Shown here one piece after another: positions 9,731-17,877 of a DNA stretch of 32,000 bases; the first letter of the stretch is position 1; each line of letters starts with the position of its first letter. Below the pieces are notes generated by a model. That model did not search any database. It was not told the DNA's origin and saw only the letters and a list, made by a program, of their open reading frames with translations. Source of the DNA: Raphidiopsis brookii D9 (GTDB taxonomy: Bacteria > Cyanobacteriota > Cyanobacteriia > Cyanobacteriales > Nostocaceae); the NCBI GenBank assembly GCA_000175855.1, contig ACYB01000029.1:79550-111549 (forward strand), written 5' to 3'. A program made the position numbers and the translations under genes.

Positions 9731-10333
9731 ATGACAAAAGTTATGCAATCGACTGATAAATCAGTCAAAGCCAATTCCCCATGGCAAGAATTAAGTCAGT
9801 TTCCAACTCCTAAATCGGTAGAATGGGATAACATTAAAACTCAATTGGATTTAGTGCTTTTAGCCCTGGAAACTTTAACTGGTATTGGTTCAGATGCGAT
9901 GTTATCTGCAGCTACCCATCTGGATCTGGAATCAAAAGTACCCGATAGAATAGCTTTATGGCGATTACGCCAATCTAACCCCCTACGCAAAAGTCCAGGA
10001 GGAAGAAAAAAGCTAGATGTGGACGAGGCTAGATCTCTAGTTTTAATTACTTGTTATCTTGCTAAACAACATCAAGAGTTAATTCGGCGCGCTGTAGGGT
10101 TATTAGAAAAAATAGCGGCTAATCACCAGCAACTTCATCAAAATGCTTTACTGGCAGATTATACGGATAACTTCTGCAATGTTTACCAGGAAAGAATGGA
10201 GGAAGATGATAAAATTTCTACTGATTTGTTGACTAATTTAGCGGTTAAACTACTGATAGATTTACTCTTTTATAGCTCTCCTACTGGACATCGCCGACTC
10301 TGGTTAACATTGCTAGACCGTTCCACAAGATAA
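9731..10333 (+). CDS. conserved cyanobacterial hypothetical protein (I recall this as DUF3038-like)
   Basis: 200-aa helical-looking ORF with clean coding composition. It sits 13 nt upstream of the next ORF on the same strand. The domain name is from memory and cannot be verified here. Confidence 0.65.
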   Translation: MTKVMQSTDKSVKANSPWQELSQFPTPKSVEWDNIKTQLDLVLLALETLTGIGSDAMLSAATHLDLESKVPDRIALWRLRQSNPLRKSPGGRKKLDVDEARSLVLITCYLAKQHQELIRRAVGLLEKIAANHQQLHQNALLADYTDNFCNVYQERMEEDDKISTDLLTNLAVKLLIDLLFYSSPTGHRRLWLTLLDRSTR

Positions 10334-10346
10334 TGATATTTTTACT

Positions 10347-11804
10347 ATGCCTGGATCCAATTCTGTTGTTCGCCGTTATACACCCCCCACTTGTACGTTA
10401 GAAATCCTAGCAGAAAGCTCACCCTTATCTCGTTGGATGGGTCAAACTGTGGTGGGTGAGCTACGTTTTCAATTGCATTTTGATGATCCAACGTTACCAG
10501 AAGATTTGAGAATACCTATTGAGGGTAATCGGGAACAGTTGGAGGTTTTATGTAATGCTGTAAGCAGCTACGTACAGCAACTTTTGCAAGATTCATCCGA
10601 TAGGTTTGGTGTGATTTTTCGGGAATCCACACCCTCGGAATCGGAGGATCTTGGTTCTAGTGGGTCTCCAGCTTCCCCTCTATATTATAGAGATAATACG
10701 GGAGTTTTAGAGGCGACTATTTATCTAGAATTCCAGGAGAATCTAACTCATAAACTATACCTAGGTTCCCTAGCTACCCAAAGATCTGGTCCGGTGATTG
10801 AACTGAGTCTATTACAGTTGTTTGATTTATCTAGTGCTTTGGATGAGTATTCTGCTGATATAATTGCATTACCAACTGGAGCTGAAAGGTTCATAACTTC
10901 CAAGTTACCCACATGGGCTCCTGTAGCAGCAGTGTTAACGTTGGCTTTGGGTCTAACCCCCCTCACCTGGCAATATGCTAATAATATGCGCTCGGTGCGA
11001 GTAGTTGAGCAACAAAAACCTCAAGAACCTATCCCAACCGGGGTACCTAATATTGGGGAACCCACTGTGAACCCGGATAACCCTGATGCTGGTGTGAAGT
11101 CACCTGATTTAGCTGACCTACCGTCTCCCAATTTTAATTTACCCAGTCCCAACCAGGAAAATTTGGATGTTCCCAGATCGGGCACAGTCCCCCCCACTGC
11201 AACCCCTGGTACACTAAGTAAAAATACCCCAAACACACCCACCTTAAAAACACCTCAAATTGCAGGAGATCCTATTCTTAATAGTCCTAATAGCACCCAG
11301 GTTCCCTCTAAAATATTGGGATATCCTACAAATCCAGGGATACAAGGTACACAAGGTATAAAACCTAGTCTTAACATACCTGCGGGAGATGTCAAGAGGT
11401 TACCGGATAGTTTACCTAATCCCAATCCTTCCCCACCACAGACACAACCAACACTACCATTAGATACAGGAACCGCAAAACAAGACCTAACCATCATAGC
11501 TAGTGAGGAAAACAAATCTTACGATACACCCCAAGTAGCAGAAGCAGGGGAGTATCTACAAGGTAAATGGCGTCCACCCGCAGATTTTACTCAAACTCTA
11601 GAATATAGTATCACCCTGGAGGTTAATGGGACAATTCAGCGCATTTTACCTTTAAATAAAGCTGCTAGAGAATACATTGACAACACAGGTATCCCAGAAA
11701 TTGGTAAACCCTTTGTTTCTAGTAATAAAGCAGGAAAAACTCTCAGAATTAGAGTTGTTTACAGTCCCGATGGCAAAGTCAAAACCTTCACAGAAACCCC
11801 ATAA
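10347..11804 (+). CDS. conserved cyanobacterial membrane-anchored protein (I recall the N-terminal RRYTPPTCTLEI.. domain as DUF4335-like)
   Basis: The N-terminal domain (VRRYTPPTCTLEILAESSPLSRW) is followed by one predicted TM helix (LPTWAPVAAVLTLALGLTPLTW), a ~170-aa Pro/Asn/Thr-rich linker and a globular ~100-aa C-terminal domain. Confidence 0.65.
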   Translation: MPGSNSVVRRYTPPTCTLEILAESSPLSRWMGQTVVGELRFQLHFDDPTLPEDLRIPIEGNREQLEVLCNAVSSYVQQLLQDSSDRFGVIFRESTPSESEDLGSSGSPASPLYYRDNTGVLEATIYLEFQENLTHKLYLGSLATQRSGPVIELSLLQLFDLSSALDEYSADIIALPTGAERFITSKLPTWAPVAAVLTLALGLTPLTWQYANNMRSVRVVEQQKPQEPIPTGVPNIGEPTVNPDNPDAGVKSPDLADLPSPNFNLPSPNQENLDVPRSGTVPPTATPGTLSKNTPNTPTLKTPQIAGDPILNSPNSTQVPSKILGYPTNPGIQGTQGIKPSLNIPAGDVKRLPDSLPNPNPSPPQTQPTLPLDTGTAKQDLTIIASEENKSYDTPQVAEAGEYLQGKWRPPADFTQTLEYSITLEVNGTIQRILPLNKAAREYIDNTGIPEIGKPFVSSNKAGKTLRIRVVYSPDGKVKTFTETP

Positions 11805-11815
11805 GACTATAATTC

Positions 11816-13825
11816 CTACTTTCTCATCTCCTCCATGGCCCCCCTGGCCATAGCTGCGATCGCTCTATCAGTTGCTTTCGGTAGTTGATAATATTTGCCT
11901 CCCGCTGTTTTCGCTAGTTCTTTGGCAAAACCAGTTGAAACAAATTTACTTTCTGTATCTATTACCAGTAACTGCATCCCAGAAGCTCTAATCCTCCCTG
12001 CAATATCTAGCAGCTCTCCTTTAATATCTGGTTTTTCTCCTGGTTCCGGGGACTCCCCTAGAGACCTGGAGAGTGGTATATTACCTCTACCGTCAGTAAT
12101 TGCCACTATCACCACTTGTCCAATGTCTCCTCCCATTTGGGCGTTGACACCTACTCTGACCGCTTGGGTTAATCCATGGGCCAAGGGGGAACCACCTCCA
12201 CAAGGTAATTTTTCCAACCGGTTTTTCGCTAAAGCAATAGACCGGGTAGGAGGTAATAACACTTCCGCTTGTTCTCCTCTAAAGGGAATTAGAGCAATTT
12301 GATCTCGGTTTTGATAGGATTCAGTTAAAAGTTGCATTACTGCTCCCTTAGCTGATTGCATTCTATTTAAAGCCATTGAACCAGACGCATCAACAACAAA
12401 TACTACTAGGGCACCAGCTTTTCTCACTAACCGTTTTGTTCGCATATCCCCCTGTTCTACTATCACCCTTTTCCCTGGCTGTCGTAAACGACGCGCCTTT
12501 TGATAGGGAGCAGCAGCTCTTAAAGTGGCATCAACGGCAATGCGTTTAACTTTGCCCTTGGGTAACATAGGTTTGATATAACGTCCCCTGTCTTCTGAAA
12601 GTATCAGACTGCGACTACCCGATTTTCCTTGTCTTTGAGCCATCTGAGTGAAATATAGTACCTCTGGATCGAGAATTACTCCCTCCGGGTCAAAGATAAA
12701 TTCTTCAGGAATGTCTGGGGGTTCTTGTTGCTCTTCAGATTGTTCTTCTTCTTCCTCTTGTTCCTCCTCCTGTTGTTGTTCTGGGGAATCCTCTTGGGTT
12801 GGAGGTGGTGGGGGTGGTTGGTCTGGTGGTGGGGTTTGAATAACTGTGGTTCTGGGAACTATGACTAGTTCTACAGCACGTCGTAAATCTTCTGCAGTAA
12901 CTTGACTACGCCCATCTAAAGCCGCTGCTGCTTTAGCAACTCTAACTGCAAACAATTCTGCACGATGCCCTTCTACACCAGCCCGAATAGCCTCGTTCAC
13001 TAAATAGGTGATCTGCTCTTGGGAAATAGTTACTTCTTTTAACCATTCTCTAGCCAATAATATTTGAGTTTTGAGGGAGTCAATATCCTCACTGTATTGG
13101 CGGATAAATTCTTGGGGAGATGTGGAATAGGCGATCGCCTGCTCTACTGCTTGTACTCTTTGATCTAAACCCAGGACTCCGTCTGCGGAAAGAGCAATAG
13201 CAATTCTATCGAGTAAATGTTCTCGCAAAGTACCTTCTTCCGGGTTATAGGTAGCAATAAACAGGGGTTTACAGGGGTGTTGAAAACTTATTCCCTCCCG
13301 TTCAATTTGGTTACGTCCATCGGACAATACCGCCAAAAGTTGATTACTAATTTGGTCATCTAACAAATTAATTTCATCCACATATAGCACACCGCGATTG
13401 GCGATCGCCAGCAGTCCTGGTTGAAATACAGTTTTACCTTGTTTAACTGATTGCTCCACATCCACCGAACCTAGTAATCGATCTTCTGTTACCCCCAAAG
13501 GTATTTGCACAAAAGGGACAGGAATAATTTCTGTTTCCAGTTCTAATGTTTGTGCTAATAACTGATCATCCCAGGTTTCTGGTTGGTCTGGAGAACAATT
13601 GCTCAAAGAGTCTTTAATAATTTCTATAGGTGGTAGCAGAGCATGAATAGCACGCGCCATAACAGATTTAGCCGTACCACGACGACCAGCAATAACCACA
13701 CCCCCTAAACCAGGATCTACTGCTGCTAAAAGCAGGGCTGTTTTAATTGCTTCTTGACCAACTACAGCATTGAGAGGAAAAGCTGTAACTTTTGGGGTGA
13801 TTGATGTGATTGCGGGCACTGACAT
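11816..13825 (-). CDS. chlD: magnesium chelatase subunit D
   Basis: An AAA+ N-terminal half ([17 protein letters not shown]), an acidic/Pro-rich linker ([36 protein letters not shown]) and a C-terminal vWA domain ([11 protein letters not shown]). Confidence 0.95.
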   Translation of the reverse strand: MSVPAITSITPKVTAFPLNAVVGQEAIKTALLLAAVDPGLGGVVIAGRRGTAKSVMARAIHALLPPIEIIKDSLSNCSPDQPETWDDQLLAQTLELETEIIPVPFVQIPLGVTEDRLLGSVDVEQSVKQGKTVFQPGLLAIANRGVLYVDEINLLDDQISNQLLAVLSDGRNQIEREGISFQHPCKPLFIATYNPEEGTLREHLLDRIAIALSADGVLGLDQRVQAVEQAIAYSTSPQEFIRQYSEDIDSLKTQILLAREWLKEVTISQEQITYLVNEAIRAGVEGHRAELFAVRVAKAAAALDGRSQVTAEDLRRAVELVIVPRTTVIQTPPPDQPPPPPPTQEDSPEQQQEEEQEEEEEQSEEQQEPPDIPEEFIFDPEGVILDPEVLYFTQMAQRQGKSGSRSLILSEDRGRYIKPMLPKGKVKRIAVDATLRAAAPYQKARRLRQPGKRVIVEQGDMRTKRLVRKAGALVVFVVDASGSMALNRMQSAKGAVMQLLTESYQNRDQIALIPFRGEQAEVLLPPTRSIALAKNRLEKLPCGGGSPLAHGLTQAVRVGVNAQMGGDIGQVVIVAITDGRGNIPLSRSLGESPEPGEKPDIKGELLDIAGRIRASGMQLLVIDTESKFVSTGFAKELAKTAGGKYYQLPKATDRAIAAMARGAMEEMRK

Positions 13826-13991
13826 TGTCTGTTTAGTGGTTATGATGTTTTTTAGGATAGCATTTTCTGGTCCAGGATTGTTGGTTAGGATAGTCGATAG
13901 CCATTTTAATCTCAGTCACCGTTATTTCGCACAGTTTAAAATTCTTACGAATGGTCAATCTGGGAATATAATTAACTACATAGATAAAAAA

Positions 13992-14675
13992 ATGCATAAA
14001 CTTCTGATATTTGAGGATGAGAAGCTACTTCGTCAAGCTTTAACCCATCGTTCCTATGCCAATGAAAACCCAAGTGAGGGAGATCACAACGAGAGATTGG
14101 AATTCCTGGGGGATGCCATTCTTAATTTTATTAGTGGAGAGTATCTCTATTCTCGTTATCCACAAAAAGGTGAAGATGAACTGACTCGTCGACGCTCTGC
14201 ACTAGTGGAAGAAAAACAGCTGGCCAAGTTTGCCCTGGAAGTTGGTTTAAATGTGAAAATGCGCCTGGGCAAAGGTACTATTCAAGATGGTGGTTATCAA
14301 AATCCTAATCTTCTTAGTAGTACATTTGAAGCTATTATTGGAGCCTACTATTTAGACAACAATTGTAATATAGAAGCAGTTAAACTTGCAGTTGAACCTC
14401 TGTTTGATTTTGTGTCACAACACACTATTGAATCCCGTTATAATGTGGATTCTAAAAATCGCTTTCAAGAATGGGTACAAAAAAAATTATGTGCAAATCC
14501 CCCTAAATATAAAACTCAACAAATAGGCGGATCCCCCCATTTACCAGAATTTTTCTCCCGAGTTCTAGTAGATGGTAAAGAGTTTGGTCAAGGTAACGGT
14601 AAAAATAAAAAGGACGCAGAAAAAGCCGCAGCAGAAGATGCGATCGCTCGTTTACAAAGAGAAGGTTTGTTTTAA
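13992..14675 (+). CDS. rnc: ribonuclease III
   Basis: RNase III signature ERLEFLGDAILNF plus a C-terminal dsRBD (KNRFQEWVQ...GNGKNKKDAEKAAAEDAIARL). I trimmed the track ORF (13770) to the ATG at 13992 (MHKLLIFEDEKLLRQALTHRSY). The extension overlaps the chlD start and is not RNase III-like. Confidence 0.9.
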   Translation: MHKLLIFEDEKLLRQALTHRSYANENPSEGDHNERLEFLGDAILNFISGEYLYSRYPQKGEDELTRRRSALVEEKQLAKFALEVGLNVKMRLGKGTIQDGGYQNPNLLSSTFEAIIGAYYLDNNCNIEAVKLAVEPLFDFVSQHTIESRYNVDSKNRFQEWVQKKLCANPPKYKTQQIGGSPHLPEFFSRVLVDGKEFGQGNGKNKKDAEKAAAEDAIARLQREGLF

Positions 14676-14799
14676 TTAATTGTAAAGTTTCCTGAACTTC
14701 TTGTCTTGTCACGTAAAACTAAATTTGTTAAATAAAACACAATATTAATATCCGTATTTATCCCCTTGACTTTATCTGCACTTCATGGAAAAATTTCAT

Positions 14800-15155
14800 T
14801 GTTGTTAAGTAGGTAGCAAGCTGCTTGCTGAAAAAGTAATTCCTGATGTCTTTGACCAAGGAATGAAGGGCTTGCCGTTTAGCCCTGTAGCGGTTGACCC
14901 GCTACGTACTCACAAATTTATACAATTTGTTTGAGCGGTAGCCTAATTCAAATTCATGAAAACTGAGTTTGAAGCGGAGGAACCATGTATTTGGGGCAAA
15001 TCTTAATTGAGAGACACCTTCCAGTCTTAGCCCGTCAGCTAACTCCGTCGGCAATGGAAGGAACCTCCAAAATGTAGGCTGTTATACTACTTACTCTTGG
15101 GGTTTCCTTAGTCAATTTGTAGTTTTTTAGGTGCTTTTTGATGACTTGCTACTGT
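14800..15155 (+). ncRNA. candidate structured RNA of unknown class in the rnc-usp spacer (strand and ends uncertain)
   Basis: No ORF of 60 aa or more on either strand across 14676..15361. A possible promoter is TTGACT (14766-14771), 17 nt, AAAAAT (14789-14794). Consecutive perfect hairpins: 14815-14820/14824-14829, 14839-14844/14859-14864, 14868-14872/14881-14885, 14887-14893/14899-14905, 14912-14918/14924-14930, 15017-15023/15055-15061. T-runs lie at 15123-15128 and 15135-15139. I could not match it to any RNA family from memory. Confidence 0.25.
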
Positions 15156-15170
15156 GGTATCTGTCATTTG

Positions 15171-15254
15171 GTGTTAATCTGAACATTACTCGAATTTTGA
15201 GCATTGGTTTTGTGTTAATCTGGTGTTAACCTAGTGTTTACATGGTATATACCA
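15171..15254 (+). promoter_or_regulatory. phased direct-repeat operator (OmpR/PhoB-type, Pho-box-like) plus 12-bp palindrome upstream of the usp-like/permease genes
   Basis: GTGTTAATCT (15212-15221), GTGTTAACCT (15223-15232) and GTGTTTACAT (15234-15243) start exactly 11 nt apart. A fourth identical GTGTTAATCT lies at 15171-15180. The perfect palindrome TGGTATATACCA is at 15243-15254 and a TATAGT -10 candidate at 15276-15281. The GTG start of the next gene is at 15362. Confidence 0.45.
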
Positions 15255-15361
15255 GTCAGTTTTTGATATCCAGCATATAGTATCATATAGCACCTAAGAT
15301 CTCAAATTATTATCCCTGCTTCTCATTCAGACTTTACTTTTTAGGGAGAGAAGTTAAATCC

Positions 15362-15994
15362 GTGAAAATTAAGCCATTACTAGCACGATTAGAGAGTGCT
15401 ATTGGTCGGCCCGACCTCATTGATCAGATGGTGTTAATACCAAGCAACAAAGAGTGCCATAGTGATAAGTGTTCACCCATTAAACCCATCAAATTAATTG
15501 TGGGTTATGATGGATCTCCTAATAGCCATACAGCATTAGATATTGCCTTTTGTATGGCGCATCAAACGCACTTAGCATCAAAGACAGAAGTTAAGGTTCA
15601 AGCTGTTTACGTATTAGAGGATCAGATAGTTAGTTATTCCGGTCATAGTTATTCTAATTATTCATCAAAATCGCCCGAAAAGTCCCTGGAATTGGAAAGT
15701 ATAGACTCAAACCTACCCGAATTGGAAACCACATTTAAAACCATGGTGTTAGCGCAATCAAGACCAGAAAAAGCGGATAAAATTTTGTGGCAAGCCAGGA
15801 ATTTAGCTGCGGAATGGCAGAGTTATTTTAAATCTCATTTACGATTTGGCAATTTGTGTACAGAACTACAAAAAGTTGTGGAATTAGAAGCTGCTGACGC
15901 CCTACTCTTAGGTTGTCAATCCATCAATCATCCTTTAATTGAAAGATTAGATGCTGATTGTCCTGTATTGGGTATTCCTAAATGTCTTGATTAG
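15362..15994 (+). CDS. universal stress protein (UspA)-like protein, divergent
   Basis: A Usp-like core (KLIVGYDGSPNSHTALDIA...VQAVYVLED...ADALLLGCQS...DCPVLGIP) with a GTG start and GGGAGAG upstream. I do not see the canonical ATP-binding G-x2-G-x9-G(S/T) motif. Confidence 0.65.
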   Translation: MKIKPLLARLESAIGRPDLIDQMVLIPSNKECHSDKCSPIKPIKLIVGYDGSPNSHTALDIAFCMAHQTHLASKTEVKVQAVYVLEDQIVSYSGHSYSNYSSKSPEKSLELESIDSNLPELETTFKTMVLAQSRPEKADKILWQARNLAAEWQSYFKSHLRFGNLCTELQKVVELEAADALLLGCQSINHPLIERLDADCPVLGIPKCLD

Positions 15995-16052
15995 GGAAGA
16001 AATGGGGATATTAATATAACTCAATAACTAATCAAACAATCGGGGAATCACC

Positions 16053-17390
16053 ATGGAAAGTTGGCAAGCTATTGTAAGTGCGACCACATTTGTTGGGGTC
16101 ATTTTTGTAATCATGGTCGAGTGGATTGACCTAACCGTAGCAGCTTTGCTAGGAGCGTTGCTACTGGTATTTACTAATATTCTAACCTTGCCAGAAGCAG
16201 TTGGTTATATTGGTAAAAGCCATAGTACACTGGGCTTATTTTTTGGTGTGATGGTGTTGGTCAGATCCTTTGAACCAACTAATATTTTTAGTTATATAGC
16301 TACACAAATAGTGATTATAGCCCAAGGTAGTGGCAAAAAGTTGCTATTGGGTATAGTGGCACTAGTTACCCCTATTTGTGCGGTTTTACCCAATGCTACC
16401 ACAGTAATGTTATTAGCTCCATTAATTCCACCCATGGCGGAGGAAATAGGTGTAAATTTTGTCCCCTTACTAATTCTAATGGTTTTTGTAGCTAATAGCT
16501 CCGGATTATTAACTTTAGTGGGAGATCCAGCAACATTTATTGTAGGTGATGCAGTCAATATCAGCTTCCTAGATTATTTGACAAAGTTGAGTTTGGGGGG
16601 TGCCATTGCGGTAATTACTGTAGTAGTAACCTTACCCATTTTATTCAGAAAAATTTGGCATACCAATCTGGATAACTTAACCCAATTACCTCACCCTCAA
16701 ATCAATCATCCACGGGTTTTAATTTTGGGTGGGGCGATCGCCGCTTTTGTGTTAATATTCTTCGTTATTGGTGATTATTTACCGATACCTGTATCTCCTG
16801 CTGCAGTAGCTTTGTTAGGCGCTGCTTTGGCTTTATTACTAGCCCATAAAACCCGTATTGATTCAGTTCACAACATTCTTCGAGATGTGGATTGGGGTAC
16901 TTTAATCTTTTTTATGAGTATTTTTGTTTTGATAGGGAGTTTGGATAAAACTGGTGTAATTAGCAGTCTTTCGGGATTGTTAAGTATTATTCTAGGCAAA
17001 AATATTTTACTTGGCTCTATAGTCTTGTTATTCACCGTAGGTGCATTATCTAGTGTTATCCCCAATATTCCCTTAGTGGTAGCAATGGTACCCCTGTTGA
17101 AACAATATGTTGTCAATGTGGGACTAGCACCAGCAGCAGTTTTAGCTCCCGATTTTGCAGGAAAATTTCCCCCAGAGGTTTTGCCTTTGTTTTATGCTAT
17201 GATGTTCGGTGCAACCCTGGGTGGAAATGGGACCCTTGTGGGAGCGTCATCTAATATTGTTGCTGCTGGTATTGCAGAGCAGCATGGCAAAAGAATTTCC
17301 TTTAAGACTTTTTTACATTATGGGATTCCCATCACCCTATTGCAACTTATTACTGCTGCTTTATACGTCCTGTTTAGATTTTTATTGTAA
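16053..17390 (+). CDS. ArsB/NhaD-superfamily (CitMHS/SLC13-like) ion permease
   Basis: 445 aa, very hydrophobic with about 10-12 TM segments. The internal two-fold pattern and motifs (LPNATTVMLLAPL, VANSSGLLTLVGDPATFIV, GGNGTLVGASSNIV) are typical of this superfamily. The substrate cannot be inferred. Confidence 0.8.
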   Translation: MESWQAIVSATTFVGVIFVIMVEWIDLTVAALLGALLLVFTNILTLPEAVGYIGKSHSTLGLFFGVMVLVRSFEPTNIFSYIATQIVIIAQGSGKKLLLGIVALVTPICAVLPNATTVMLLAPLIPPMAEEIGVNFVPLLILMVFVANSSGLLTLVGDPATFIVGDAVNISFLDYLTKLSLGGAIAVITVVVTLPILFRKIWHTNLDNLTQLPHPQINHPRVLILGGAIAAFVLIFFVIGDYLPIPVSPAAVALLGAALALLLAHKTRIDSVHNILRDVDWGTLIFFMSIFVLIGSLDKTGVISSLSGLLSIILGKNILLGSIVLLFTVGALSSVIPNIPLVVAMVPLLKQYVVNVGLAPAAVLAPDFAGKFPPEVLPLFYAMMFGATLGGNGTLVGASSNIVAAGIAEQHGKRISFKTFLHYGIPITLLQLITAALYVLFRFLL

Positions 17391-17484
17391 GTTAGTTACA
17401 CCTTGAAACACTCAAGATCCACTTTGCGAGGTCCGAAAAAAATCCTTACGACCCTTTCAACAAACTCAAAAAGTGGTACATTTT

Positions 17485-17508
17485 GCAACTAAAATTAGTT
17501 GCGGTTTT
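17485..17508 (+). terminator. possible intrinsic terminator downstream of the permease gene
   Basis: GCAACTA (17485-17491), loop AAAT, TAGTTGC (17496-17502), followed by GGTTTT. The stem is AT-rich and lies 95 nt after the stop codon. Confidence 0.35.
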
Positions 17509-17877
17509 GAGGAGAATCTTTCATATAAGTATGGTTTAGCTATTGATTAGAAAAGCAGTCAAAATTTTACATAAATTAACTAGTTATCCACTTGCCAACT
17601 AGTGCCAACTATTGCTAAGCTGGAAGCATACTTCTTTCTTAACCTAATACCGAGAACCAAGGTTGTGTTGAGGAAGTTTAAAACCCTCAAATCTAGGTTT
17701 ACTGTTTTACCAGTATATCCAGGATTTGAGTCGTGCGTGAGGAATTTATCTTCGTATCTTCGTGCATTGGTTGATACAAGTTGGTTAAGAGAAAACCTTA
17801 ACGTATTTATTTGTTGACGTTAGTTAGCAAAAAAGTATTGGAAGCAACATTTATGATTTTATTTTACTACATAATCT

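Noticed and set aside
12648-12839. Ser/Cys/Gly-rich 63-aa plus-strand ORF and apparent low-complexity repeat
   Set aside because: It is the antisense of the Glu/Gln/Pro-rich linker that is a normal feature of ChlD, not an independent gene or repeat element.
13770-13991. 74-codon N-terminal extension of rnc in the ORF track
   Set aside because: It overlaps the chlD start on the opposite strand, and the RNase III homology begins right after the ATG at 13992.
14976-15068. Resemblance of GGAAGGAAC / GCTAACTCC / GGCAATGG strings to glutamine (glnA RNA) and fluoride (crcB) riboswitch cores, and of TTGAGAGACA to the yybP-ykoY Mn riboswitch
   Set aside because: Only short fragments match, they are in the wrong order or spacing, and the required complementary closing segments are absent. 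This judgement is from memory of the consensus sequences and needs cmsearch to be definitive.
15171-15243. Short direct repeats considered as a mini CRISPR or tandem-repeat locus
   Set aside because: The units are 10 bp with 1-bp spacers and only three or four copies. That is far too short for CRISPR and is consistent with a protein-binding operator instead.
17638-17645. Exact Pho-box core CTTAACCT upstream of the DMT gene
   Set aside because: It is a single copy. The positions 11 bp upstream (CATACTTC) and downstream (ACCGAGAA) do not match, so it lacks the tandem architecture needed for a Pho box.
17602-17817. 71-aa GTG-initiated ORF in the permease-DMT spacer
   Set aside because: It has no SD, unconvincing composition and no motif, and it lies in a region full of repeats and hairpins that looks regulatory.
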